Source: Marsupella aquatica (taxonomy: Eukaryota; Plantae; Marchantiophyta). From it: a DNA stretch of 64,000 nucleotides. The stretch spans positions 4,761,079-4,825,078 of the forward strand of contig OZ316898.1 of the NCBI GenBank assembly GCA_973895155.1, written 5' to 3'. Both the position numbers and the translations under genes were made by a program. This document shows, piece by piece, positions 25,953-38,761 of the stretch; position 1 is the stretch's first letter, and every line of letters starts with the position of its first letter. Under the pieces are notes generated by a model. It made no database searches. It saw nothing but the letters and a program-made list of their open reading frames with translations, and had not been told where the DNA came from.

Positions 25953-27351
25953 ACCGTGGGCCACCTCCCTCTCTATATCTATCTCTATAGCTGCCCGACC
26001 TATTTTGGACAATCACAATTCCTTAAACGCAGAGCGTTAATATAAGTCAGAGCCTTGCTCTGCTCTGTTCCCCTCTCCTCTGCTCCTCTCGGGTCTGCTG
26101 TGCTCTGGTCCACTAGCTACTTTGAGATCGTCACCACCGAGGAAACCGGCCATCCATCAGAACCGGCACAATTCTTCCACATACATCCCCGTTTTCAGCC
26201 CAGATCCTGCCTCCGGCCTCCATCCCGCTCAGATTCTCTCTCCTGCCACTCCTAGAGTTCCTTTTCTTGCCCGTTCGTCACTTGGAGCAATCCACTTCGC
26301 TCAAAAGTAGAACCATGCTTGCTGCAATCGGCCCACTTCAGCGTCGAAAGATGTAGTGTTCTTGCTCCAATTGCTCCTACCCAATTCACTGTAAGCTCTT
26401 CGTGCTCGAGGGGATTATAGGTCGGCCAAGACAGGAGACGACTGACCCAGACCTAGGAAGCAGACCACCAATTCGCTTGCCTTTGTGGCTTTTGTAGCGA
26501 GTGCAGAACACTCACCGTAGTTTCTCGCAGTAGGTCACCTATAAGAGCGAAATGAGAGACCCAATCCGAAGAAAACGCTCTCCACCACTCCAAGTCAGCC
26601 CGACGGCAGGACTGCCTTCGCCCCTTCCTCTCGTGTCATGAGTTTTATCGTCTTCTCTTCTCTTATCCCGAAGGGGACCAAAAGCCAACAAAACGAAAGC
26701 GAAAACGGATTCGGCTACGGCGCTTTCCGTCGTAGTGGTAATAAGAGTAGTATAATACTGTAAGTCTAGACGACAGAACGGAACTCTATTCTGGATTCTC
26801 CAAACTCACTGATTATGCTTTTTCCTCGGCTCGGTCTCAAGGCAACAACGCAAACTCGCACAAACCAAACTAAAAGCACACGATAACCCAATTCCACACC
26901 TCACCCTATCCTAACCTGCTGCTGCTGCTGCTATTACACTCACAGGGCATGCGGAAGACCGACATGACCAGAGAACACCAACAGAAGGGACGGCCTTAAC
27001 GACGAAGCAGGCAGGCTTCCGCTGGATTGTTCCTCACACGCTTAGCGTCCGGCTTCCGCGCTTTCTTCCTCCTCCTTTCTCCTCGCCACCACCCATGCAC
27101 CTAACGACAGCAGCAGCCGAAACAGAACCAGCACATCTCTCCCTCACAGGCAATCTCTCCCTCCCTCTCTCTTTAATCACAATCTGTCTCTCCCTCTCTC
27201 TCACAAGGTCTCACACCAACCATCCGGCCAGCCACTCAAAATACTCTCCAATTCCTACCACTCCCAGAAAGGTCCGGACGGCTTCCTTGTGAGTACCCAA
27301 AACTCTCAGACAGACACTACTACTACAGTGCTCCTCGTCCTCGTCCTCCGT

Positions 27352-27385
27352 CGTCTCGTCTCGTCTCGTCTCGTCTCGTCTCGTC
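27352..27385. repeat. (GTCTC)n pentanucleotide microsatellite upstream of the RING CDS
   Basis: GTCTC repeated about 6 times. Confidence 0.9.
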
Positions 27386-28399
27386 GCGCAGCACTTACTC
27401 CTCGTTACTTACTTCACTGCTGCTTCCCTTACTTTCCACAACACAGCACTCCTCCAGGACTGTAGAAGCGGAAACACAATCCTGTTGACTGCTTCTTTGG
27501 CTCCTTCACTCACACTCGTGCACTGTAGAGGCGGAAGTAGTATAATAATCTTTTCTCTAGCGGTGTCGTGTGTCTGCCTTTTTCGTCATCAATCAGGAGC
27601 CCATTCCTGGAAAACTCTCGCTCATCCAAACGATATCCGGTTCTGGAGCAAACGCCTGTCTGACGGACGGTGCTGGTGCTGCCGATTGTGACGACGCTTT
27701 TGGGTTCCTCGTCAATTCCTCCTCCTCCTCCTCTGCTCCACGGCTCCGGCTCTGGTGGCCTGGAAACTTCTTCGACGCCACCACTCCACCAGGTCCACTG
27801 CCGCCTCTCCTTTGGGAAGTCTGCTTCCTCGTTCCTAGATCCCAATTCCCAATTCCCACCAGAAGGAGCCAACAATGTGGAGCCGACTCCGGGACCCACT
27901 CGATCGTCAGCAGTCGTCGTCTAATTCCAGAACATGACCACCACCTTTCAGCAATTGCTCCACCATCACCTCGACTCAACTCGACTGGAGCAGTAGGGGG
28001 AGGAGGAGCTCGAGTCCTAGATTTAGTCGTCGATCACTCCCACACACACGTTGCAACTTTTTCATTTAATTTCTGATCAATTGCGCATCGAATCGGCTTT
28101 CTGGGTCTGGATCCCATGCACAATATACTACTGTAGAGTGGGCACTGAAAAAAGCACAACAACAATTCTGGTTTCTGAAGGCCTCACGCCGGCACTGTAA
28201 TAGAGCAGAGGAAGGAATCAAGGCAGAGTGGAGTCGCAGAGTCCAGTCCAGTCCAGATCAAGTCAGCCCTGCCCGGCTGCCCGTCCGTGCAGGCCTGCCT
28301 GCTTGCCCGCCTTTTTTTGGGTGCTTTTTTTGGTGCTTTTGGTCATGGAGATGAGTGCTGAGTTTGGGTGCTCTTCTGGTTATTAATAGCCTTACCACC

Positions 28400-31320
28400 T
28401 TTTTTTCTTCCCCCCCCCCCCTTCAAGGAGAAATTTACTTAGGAGACAAGTAAAACCCAGTAAAAAACAGGAGTAAATCTGCCAGGCAACATGCAATGAA
28501 AGACCAAGTCACCCTGAGCCAAGACACATCCAGACCCGGGGACAGGGGTAAAACCAGGCCCGTGATCAAAGAGGTTTGGTCACAAAAGCTAAACTGTTGC
28601 AAATGCCCTCTCCTTAATATTGTACACTATATTTTGCCGAATCATATGCGCAGAAAAAAGATTTGGAGGCAATTTTGGGCCCCCACCACAAAGCTGCACT
28701 GGAAGTTCAGCCAATAAAGATCATGAGCAAAAAGTAAACAAGGCCATTACTCGCCCTAAAACAGGACTAACAAATGAAACAGCAAATCTAAGGGCAAACT
28801 CAACCTGCGTTACTCACCCTAAAAAAGGACTAACAAATGAAACCGCAAATCTGAGGGCAAACTCAACCCTGAAACTACGGTGAGAGAACCAGCGGGAGCC
28901 AAGAAGTGAGCATGTGAAAACAAGATGAAAATCCATAATGATTCAATCATGTGCACGAGAAAGAACAACTACTACTTCTACAACACAAGGCCACACCACA
29001 AATGAATGTGAAGCCAAGTGAACCAGATCAGAATGAATTCATGGAGGATGAAAAATCCACAGTGGTTGAACATCTACCACGAAGTTATCATCACAAATCT
29101 TGCATAAACTAACATTACGTCCACAATCTCTTGTCATCTGACCAAACTACTCTTGTTTATCTCTTCCTGACTCCAAAATATGTGCATAACCACGAATCCA
29201 GGCCATCCTCATGTATAGAGTCCGAAGCTCCGACCAAATTTTGCTTTTAATCCCAACCACAAAAATCTTCAACTCTTCCTTCTCCAAGGAGCAATGAGCT
29301 TTCCAAATCTGCCAGATGGTGATCTCACGAACAATGTGCCAGAGCTTAAGTGGAATGCCCAACTGACTTCCCGAAAGTGGAGCCCCCAAAATCGTAGTAA
29401 CAACCAAGAAATGAAATTGAAATATGCCAACTCCAGCAATTTGCATGATCAACCCAATCCATAGCAAAAGAAGATCTAGTTCAGGACAGGCCAAGACAAT
29501 GCATAATATCTTCATGTGCCTGCTGATCACATCTTTGGCACCACCAGACCTCATCCAATTGGGAAAAGGGAATAATGAGCCCATTCTCATCTATCCTTTG
29601 CAATCTCTGATCAATGTAATGTTTAGTGGCAAAAGAACGGTGAGCAATTTGCCATAGATCTTTTCCTCCCGAAATGATTTCCATATATGACCCCAAATCA
29701 CCCTATCCCTGGGGACACCCCTCATATCCATTCTCCACTTCAACTTCTCCCCTATTTCAACCGGCTTTTGATGTTGTAGCATCCTATGTAAGCTCTCAGT
29801 AGAAGAGTGAAATCTATTTGACTCCAAAGCCCGCTCCAAAGTAACCGACGGTTTCAACACACCAATCTCCATCTTGTGAGACAACCAATTTTTGGTTCGA
29901 CCAATGACTTCCTGAATAGTCTATTACCCAAAATTGGAAGAGGATCAATTTTCTGAAGAATTCCTTGTTGAATTTCAAACGCATGTAATCACCTGCTTCC
30001 CCTGAACCTCCTACATCTCCCAGCTTCCTTCACTAAACTGTTTGGGATCCAAATTTCCCACACCTGGTTCCCATCCAGAATAGGAACATGAGAAATCACA
30101 ATCATCTTAGCACTATCAGGGTACCCCATAGGAACAAATGGAAACTTGGAATTATCCACCACCGATTGAAGCAATTGCTTATATCTTAAATTAAGGAGCA
30201 TTACCAACAATCAAATCCCATTCTCTAGGCACATTGGCATCCTCAAAAATACCCCCCCCCCCCCCAAGAAGTAAGAACCTGACTACTCAGATTTCTACGA
30301 GGGACTGTATTACATCCAACCATGCTAGAATCGACATGATTGGTCTATGGTGACCGCAGAGGCTGGACCAAAACCAAACCCAAGTTCTCAGGCACCAAAA
30401 ATTCCAGATGAAGTTTCAATCTGTTCAACGAGCGGCAGATATTCCTCCATACAACTGAACCATCAGACCGCAATTGAAGCGGATATGTACCACTCCTCAT
30501 AGAAAACTGAATTAGCCTAGCAGCAAGAGCCGTAACCAGATCCTCAAAAGATATTAATCCAATCCCTCCTTCCGGCTTGTGTAGTGACAAAATCCTGAAA
30601 TTGATTCCATGTCTAGCCAAAATCTCCTGACCACTCCATAAGAACTCAATAAGCACCATCTTAATTGCATGTAAATCGGTATTAGAGCCACCCCATAGAG
30701 TAAGAATATACCAAAGTGATCCCATCAAAACATGATTGATAACCAGAACTCTGGTCATGAAAGGATGCGGCCTAAGTTTTACTTGAGTCAGCTTCTTATC
30801 CAACAAGCACCTAATTTGCTCCAAGCAGCCACCCAAATGAATCCCCTCTGCTCCAAAAAGGAATCCCAACAATTTAGAGTAGTTGTTAATCGATTCCCAT
30901 TGCCATCCTAGATTCAGCAACTCCCCAGGGATCAAATCCCTACTGAGTAAAATGGCACTAGTGGAGCTCCAATGACACTTCAAACCAGATGCTGTAGCAA
31001 GCACATCAAAGAATAGTTTACAATTAACTATATTCATATGTTCTCCCTTCAGCATGATCATTTTATTATCAGCTTATAACTGATGTGTCAAGTCAATACC
31101 CTCAATTTCAAACCGAACTCCTTCCAGCCTCCTTGTGTCTAATTGTTCAGTTAATAGACAATCCAGCCCCTTATGGCTAAAATGAAAATTAGGGGAGAAT
31201 TATGACACCCCTGCCTAACAGATATTGTGACTTTAAATGCAAAAGTAACATGACCATTCAGCATGATAGCTGATGAAGCATTGCTAGTGAGAGCTCGAAA
31301 GAACTCAATAAATCATGAAA
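28400..31320 (-). mobile_element. Degenerate 5'-truncated LINE (L1-like ORF2: RT plus zf-RVT-type C-terminus)
   Basis: The minus strand encodes VRQGC..SP (RT), a HQL*AD relic of YADD, KLLGFLFG, LSLHKPEGGIGL and IWQIWKAHC, with stops and frameshifts. The 3' UTR ends at a T/C-rich tract near 28400. An internal 62-bp duplication lies at ~28748-28870. Confidence 0.9.
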
Positions 31321-33284
31321 CCATCACCCCTCTTTTGAACCTATATAAAAAACCTTGCAAGACAAAATTCCTTATTATTCAGGTTCATTATTGATTTGTC
31401 CCCTCTCGGGGGTTTCACTTCCACAAAAATGGCATATCACGTGCGACAAAGGATAGGGTCATTTTATTGGTTCCAAGGAAAGACTTAAGAATTTTTGTAG
31501 ACGAACAATAGGGTCTTTTAAATTCAATTTTGAGACTTATAAGAACCTTAGGGTATTTTAATCCAATTTTTGGAATATTCCAAGAATATTCCAACTTTAT
31601 AGGGGTTTTAAAATAAAAATAAAATCTTACATTTTAGGGGTCCGAGGCCTAAAAATGTCGCAGGTGATGGGGAGGTCCCCATATAATGAGACCCCCAAGT
31701 GTCCCCCTATTCCTTGTACCTCACTTTGTTATGCTCGAGAGTCACTCTACAGAGGGTTCACTCTAGACTAGGCCCAGCAAATAGCTTTAATTGAGATTAT
31801 ATCCCATGCCAAAGCACCATTACTGCATCGGCACTGGTCCTTTGCCTCCAGGCTGGCATCATCAAATATTCTCCAGGCCGTTGTGCCCAGACATTTCTAT
31901 GCCGAGGTTCTTGGCCTTTTTTCAAGTTGTATCACCCTTTTGCCAGTGCTACCAAACTTCATTTACAATGTTGCTCGCACCACATGTTTACATCGCAGGC
32001 CTCCGAGATCAATCCTCATTATTTTGAAACAGCCACGGCACACTCCCGAATTCTGGAGTGTGTTCAAACACAGGTTTTACAAAGCACAGTTGCAACACCT
32101 TCATCCACCCTAACCATATATGCAGGCCTCTTATTGACATCAATAATATTCCTTTGGCAGCCATTGGGCTGCAAACCGCTGAAGATGCTCTTATCAAGGG
32201 CAAGGTAAAGAGGGTGAAGCACTCATGGCAAAGATGGATGGTGAGGCACAGCAGAGGGTAAAGCATGGGCGGTGAGGCAAAGAAGTGCATTGGGAGGAGT
32301 TTTTGTCAAACTAGCCATTGACAAAAGAGCCATTTTTCAGCAAATGACCTTCCCTCTTGCCCACCTTTGTGTTTTCTTGACATGGAGATGTGTGCCAAAG
32401 TTGGGTGCCTGCCTTTTGGTTTGTGTTATCCTACAAGCCCAATACCAGTGCATTGCACCATGAGGAAGGGCGAGACAAGGAGGGTGAAGCATAGATGTTT
32501 TGCTAAGGAGGGTGAGGCATGGGTGGCAAAAGGCAAGGCGAATAGGGCAAGTAATGGATGATGAGACAAAGAGTGCATGAAGAGGTTTCACTGGGAGGTG
32601 TTTTTGTCTAAATCAAAGGGTGACCAAAAAAACTATTTTCAGCAAATAGCCTCCATGCTTGCCGGCCTTTGTACCATGTTGTCTGTGTGACCTGACAACA
32701 CATAAAAGGAAGTGAATAAATGATTTCCCACTCAATTATGAGGTGGTGCAAGCATCCACATATGGATAGGTGCATTTATAACTTAGTACATACAATAGGG
32801 CGTATCAAACTAGCTGTTTCGTGAAGGTTTCCCATAAATTATCTGAATGTTGCAGGCTTGGTAGTGGCCACAATTTTATGTGGCTCCCCAAAAAGGCAAC
32901 CATCATTAACTTGGACAGTCATTGCACCAGCATTCAGACCAGAAATCACTCCACACATATGCTTCAACCCTCCAAAAAATTGATGACGCCCATTCTCAAC
33001 TCAATGATATTGAGTTCACCTGCGGCTGCATGTGGTGACCCGTCTTAAACCGAAAACCTCATGGATGAAGTCAGCCCAAATGTTGGGTTTTGGTCAGGGT
33101 CACGGACAGAAATTTCTTGCAGTGGGTTTGACTGAAAAAATCTGGAAAACGGGCGCGGCATCTTGAACGCCTTGGTGTCGCTCCGGTCACAGGTTTACTC
33201 AAAACGGAAGTGACAGACTAGCAAATAGTAGAAGGTTTTAACTCTTGCGATCAACCTCCAAAACTGATTCTTTCAGGCCCCAAT

Positions 33285-34900
33285 GTTTTGTTTTGTTTTT
33301 CTTGAAAGGAATACTTTACTTGGAAGACAAGTAAAACCCAGTAAATCATGGGAGTAAAAAGGCCAGACCACATGCGGTTAAGGACCAAAAGTTACCCAGA
33401 GTTCAGACACATCCGAACACGGGGACAGGGGTAAAAGTAATTAACAAGAGCGTAAAGTGAACAAATCTGCCACTCACTCCAGAACAACTAACAAACAGGG
33501 AAAGCAAATCTGAGGGCCAACTCAGTACCAGAATAACAGCAAGAGGACCAGCAAGAGCAAAGGCTTGAACAGCTGTCACGAGGGCGCAAAAATCCGTGAG
33601 GATAAATTCATCTGCACGAAAGGGACCAGCAACTAAGCTAACACCTAGTGGAGTCACAGTAAAAGAAAGCGAGTCCATAAGGTAACAAACCGATTCCTTC
33701 AAGGTGGATCAAAAGTCCACAAAGGACGGTAGTCAACCATAAAAAGACCATCACTAATCCTATACAGCCCACCATTGCTGCCAAAGTCCCTACGCAAACG
33801 ACCAGTCACAACTTGATTGTCGTCTCCAACCATAGAATGTCGAGAGATACCCTGAAGCCAAGCTATCTTGAGATAAGAATAGAGTTCCATCCAGATCTTG
33901 ATCTTTAACCCCAACATTGAAGTAGCCAAATTTTCTTTTTCTAAAGAACAATGAGATTTCCAAATTTGCCATGTAGCAATCCCTCTGAGGATCTGCCACA
34001 ATTTGAGAGGAAAATTATGCTTATTTTTCAGCAAAAGAAGCTCCCAACAACGCATGTACCGCCTCGAAATGTATATCCTCCAAATCCACTCCCGCAATAT
34101 GCAAGAGATTACCAATCGAAGTCCAGATAGAACGAGAAACAAGGCATGACCAAAGACAATGGAGCAAATCTTCATACATGTGCACCCATCTCACATCTTT
34201 TGCACCACCAAAGCTCATCTGACCTAGAGAAAGGAATAATGTGACCATGTTCATCCAGCCTCTTGGATCGCCGACCAATATAGTGTTTAGTTGCAACCAA
34301 CCTGTGAGCAACCTGTGAGCAGTTTGCCATAGAAAATGATTAACTTTTTCTTCTCGAAAAGGTTTCCAGATGTTATTCCAGATCACCTTCTCCATCGGGA
34401 CTGCCTGTAATTCCATTCTCCATTTTGAGATCCCCCCACTGAACACCGGTAGCCTGCTTTGAAGCAATCGTCGTAAGCTATCCGTGGAAGCATGGAAGAA
34501 TTGCTTCCCATCCTTTCAGTGAAACTGGTCTGATTTGCCAAAGTCCTTGAATGAAGGTCCCATCACTCCGATCCCTTGTTTATGAGATAACCAATTCTTC
34601 AGACGACCTGTAACCAATCTGAATAATCTAGACCAGAAACCTGCTGTTGCTCAATCTTCCGAAGAATTCCATTCGTAATTTCATCGAAGGAATCGGAATC
34701 CTTGGAATCTCATCAATCTCCCAGCTATCCTTCACCAGACTATTGCAAATTGTGATTTCCCAAACTTTGTTGCCTTCCAAGATTTCCCAATGTTTTTTGG
34801 AGACCTTCAGGTTTGAGATGCCCGACCTGTTTTGGGGTGTCTTCCCGGATGCCTGCACTTTAAACCCCATGGACTGTACTTTGGAGACAGGAAAATTTTT
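33285..34900 (-). mobile_element. Second, shorter 5'-truncated copy of the same LINE family
   Basis: IWNNIWKPFREEKVNHFLWQTAHRLL and LWQILRGIATWQIWKSHCSLEKE are homologous to the 29-kb copy. The 3' UTR (33301-33435) matches 28422-28555, and a T-rich tail lies at 33286-33300. Confidence 0.9.
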
Positions 34901-35554
34901 AAAAGTGTCTTTTGTTTGCAGGCCAGGGGCTGGGTGCCCCGCCTTTGTCCCCAGGACAATCAGGTGGAGGGTGCCCGACGTTGGTAGATTCTTCTCAGCC
35001 TGCCGTCATTCCTTTGTCCATACGCCAGTACTATCCGTGGGTGCCCCAAGTTGGAATGGGAGACCCGTCTCGGCGTCTCGCCCTCCTTGCGCTCCTTGCT
35101 TTCCTTTCCCTGCCCGCTGCCCGCTCTGCCCGCTGCCCGCTCTGGACAACAACGGCTGCCCAATAATAATAATGTAGCAGCCTGCCATGCTCGACTACTG
35201 CCCGGCCGCGGCCCGCCACTTCCGTCCAAACCTACAGTAGTACTTCCCGCTCGGGCAGAAAACGGGTGGGGCCCAAGACGGAGGGGCCCAAAACGGAGGG
35301 AATACTCAGGAGAGGATGAAGAGGTCCAGAGGAGTGGAGCGAAGGGCAGGAGACGGTAGTGAGAGTGTGGGACGGCGGAAAAGACGGGATGGAGGTCACG
35401 AACGGTGCGCTCCAAACCCAACGGCAGACCGGACGGTCGGTCGGGAGGAACGACGGACAGTGCAACGGCAGCTCTACACAGGCTTCCAGTGAAAAATATA
35501 TCATCAAAATTTGTAATATGATCAGCAAGTTAAATTGACCGCTCATGACCTATC

Positions 35555-35702
35555 AGGGAGTTCCAAATCATTTGACCCTGCCTCCTGTCGTGGTCAGGGA
35601 CAAATTCCTGGGAAAAAAGTGGTGGACAATAAAATGCATGGCCAAAAGTGGTAGTTCCGGACATTGTTTGTCTTTCACAAAATTCAAGGTTTGAAACGCC
35701 CT
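35555..35702. mobile_element. MITE with AGGG...CCCT ends
   Basis: AGGGAGTTCCAAATC ... GGTTTGAAACGCCCT (12/15 inverted match); flanks ATC/ATT. Confidence 0.55.
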
Positions 35703-37802
35703 ATTAAAGCATTTCAAAGGTCAGTTTTGGCAGCACGGTCGCCATCGGCACCCTTGGAAAATGTTAAAGTACATTAATAACATTCGTCTATTGTCATTTT
35801 AGGCAGTCCTTATCTTTTTTATGAACTAACCTACTTTTCTGTGAAGGGTTACTTCTGAATCTAGTTTTGAGATGCCCTACTACCTAAAATGAAACAGTTG
35901 GGTGTAATTTATTCAGTGACAGAAAATCTAGATATGTAGATTTTGCTGTACCCTTGTTGGTGCCTAGCTGCAGTTGTTGTGGGTAAAATGGAATTCCCAA
36001 TTCTTTCTGATGAACTTCACCAATAATCAAATGAAAGAACTCCAAAAGGTGAATAGGCTTCTAGAATATGCTGATGTTGAGGAAGAAGCTTGGAAAGAGT
36101 TCGCTACATTTCGATTGACACCGTGGTCCTACACACAATCTGAGAGCTGCATAAGGGGGGTCTTGTTTAGTGTTCATGTCAACTTGTCATCCAGGTTTTG
36201 TTTTATTTGCACAAATGGCCCAATTTGTGCTTGCCCAGTGATCTTCCATTCACTTCCAGGATCATTATGATTGCAACAAGGGTACAAGTTGTTATGGTAC
36301 GTGTTTACTTGCTTTGGAAACAATTATTTTTCTATTCACTAAATCTTTATTCTAATGTAGTGGTGGCATTCTGGTGCACAAAATCCAAATGCATTGGTGT
36401 GTTGTTTGACTAGGGTTGCAACATCGTATCTAGGATTATTATGTAATCCTTGCGGTAAATGACACAACCTCAAAAGAAGTGAAAGCTGCTGATGCAAGAA
36501 AATGATCGTAATATCATTTTTATTGTAGGTGGTCCCAAAACCTAAACCCTAAACCTCCTGGTCCTAAAATTGCTGGTTCAGAGCTCCATCTCACGTGAGC
36601 TCCTTATCTTCTAAAGCTGCAGTAGCCCATCTCTGGTGATCCTTCCTGTTTGGCTGTTGGTCCATGTTCTCTTCACCTTTGTCAGCAATTGCACACAATC
36701 TATGGTTGCCTCTCGTGAGCATGATTTTTTTGATGTGTCTCCACCTGACAAATTCTCTGCTTGAGACAGGCCTACATTTCCTCACAATTTTTTAGTAGGG
36801 TTTTGTTGCCAATGGCGTATAAATCCAGGTTAATTGTTTGTCTGGTCACTCACCCAGTTACTATGGTTAGGTGTAACCCTTGGGCTTCATTAATTTACTT
36901 ACTCGCTGGGTTAAGAATATGCCAGTTACCGTGGTTAGGTGTAACCCTCCATTCTCTTGGGATTTTGGGTTGTCTATGTGCTTGCCTTCTCCGTTGTGCT
37001 GTACGGAGTCTTCCTTGAGGCGCTCAGCCTATCTTGGTGTGGTTGAATTTGGGGCTCTCTGGCCGCGTCCCTCATGTCTCTTTCCTCCCCCGGCGGCGCA
37101 CTATTGTTTAATCCCTTGGTTGCAACAAAGTTGTCTCCAATCAAAAGACAGTTATTAATTGCCGTAGCTTGATTGTTAACCTTTAGCTAAAATTCATGCT
37201 AAAGGTGTTTAACAGGTAGGTATATTTTTGTTGCATCTGTCCAGCTAACTGACAACAAAGCCCATACGAGTAGAGAAGTTCATTTTTTGGTTTGTTTTTG
37301 TTTGGGAAATGCACGGAAACCCCACTTTAGAACAACTGCCACATAACTGGCAGAAACTCTCAGGTGGGGGAAATTTCTGAAATGGACGTTTTAACCATAA
37401 AGCATGATTGTAGCAAACAATAAGGAGGTTCTCTCAAATGACTGGTGGGAAAAGCAGCTAAAAGTACACAATGAAAATTGTTTGCCCCTAGATTTTTTGG
37501 GGTTTGTATTACAAAAGATGTGGTGGGAGTGAATTGCATACTTGCCATCCTTGTTACCACACCCATTCAGGTTAGCAAACAAGAAGTTATGTTATCATTT
37601 GAGTTTCACAAGAGTTATAATTCTTACACACGCTATGATTCCCACACACATCACAATTCTCACACAAGCAAATACTTTACACATCAAACCATTGATCAAT
37701 GAACATCAACCATTCGTAATGAATGCCTCTTGTTATCTCAAGTGTTATAAGACACATTGCACAATTTTCACCATTGATAAGAAATATCTAAATATCCCTC
37801 AG

Positions 37803-37915
37803 GATGTCAATACAACACTAAGTTTCCTCAGAACTTATAGATTTACAAGGCTCTAACCTGATGTCAACACAACACTAACTTTCCTTGGAACTTCCAGATT
37901 TACAAGTCTTTAACT
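37803..37915. repeat. 57-bp tandem duplication
   Basis: GATGTCAAYACAACACTAASTTTCCT..GAACTT..AGATTTACAAG..CTTAAC occurs twice. Confidence 0.85.
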
Positions 37916-38761
37916 GGACTGTAAAAACAAACCTGACTCAAATTTTCCTAGTCTTGAAAATTCTGAATTATTAATTGTTTGCAAGAATCGCAGATCAGTG
38001 GGTGAAATTCCACTCCATCGAACCATCACTTGTGCACGACATAGTTATCCCTCAACTGCTCATTGGAAGTGGGCAGTTCATACTTGCACTAAATGGTTGT
38101 AGCTGCTAGCAATCGGGCCAAGACCTCTCCTTTGCAGATGACAGTGGGTTTCTTTTGTGTTGGCTCAAGAGCTTCCCTTATGAGGCTTTGCACGTTACTT
38201 CTATCACAAAAGACAAAGGATTTTGTTTTGATTCAATTCCCTTCGGCTTTGCACGTTAATTCTATCGCAAAGGACAATGGTTTCGGTACTATGCGCATCA
38301 CGTGTTCTGTCTTGGATTCTCTCTAAACATTCAACATCGTTGTTTACTAATTCACGTACGTCGTCTTCTCAACACAGTACTGTAGTTGGATGCTCTTCAT
38401 GGTGTAACTCGTCAAATGTCTCCATTTTTGGATTACTGAACCTTCTTTCATTGATTGTTGTATATCATTCCGTCGTCTGCGTCCAAGCAAGAGCGGCGGA
38501 TGCCACATGTCTTCGTTCTGCGCAGGTTGTCACATCTTTGTGTGCAGCACTGACATTTTACAACTCGTAGAGTGCGTTGTAGATTCTACTCAGAGAACTA
38601 TCTAGTAAGAGAACTAAGACAAACCAAAAATCCGAGAATTTGATCCAGTGTCATCACTGGTCAATGCTAGAAATTACGGCGGGACTCGAGTCTTTAATTG
38701 AAAACGTCCACTGCCTCTTGCTCATGATGGCATTGAAGCCCTAGGCACCTTCACTCTGAAA

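Noticed and set aside
27510-28076. Several 128-168-aa ORFs upstream of the RING gene
   Set aside because: They start at TTG/GTG in low-complexity GC-rich leader or promoter sequence and show no domain similarity.
31330-33124. Possible CACTA/CACTG element (TTTCTTGCAGTG end at 33113-33124, diverged ~280-300-bp internal repeats)
   Set aside because: No matching left terminus or recognisable transposase; left as an unclassified TE-like relic.
36535-36556. Interstitial telomeric repeat CCTAAACCCTAAACC (also near 19610-19636)
   Set aside because: Only two or three degenerate units, too few to infer a fusion or healing site.
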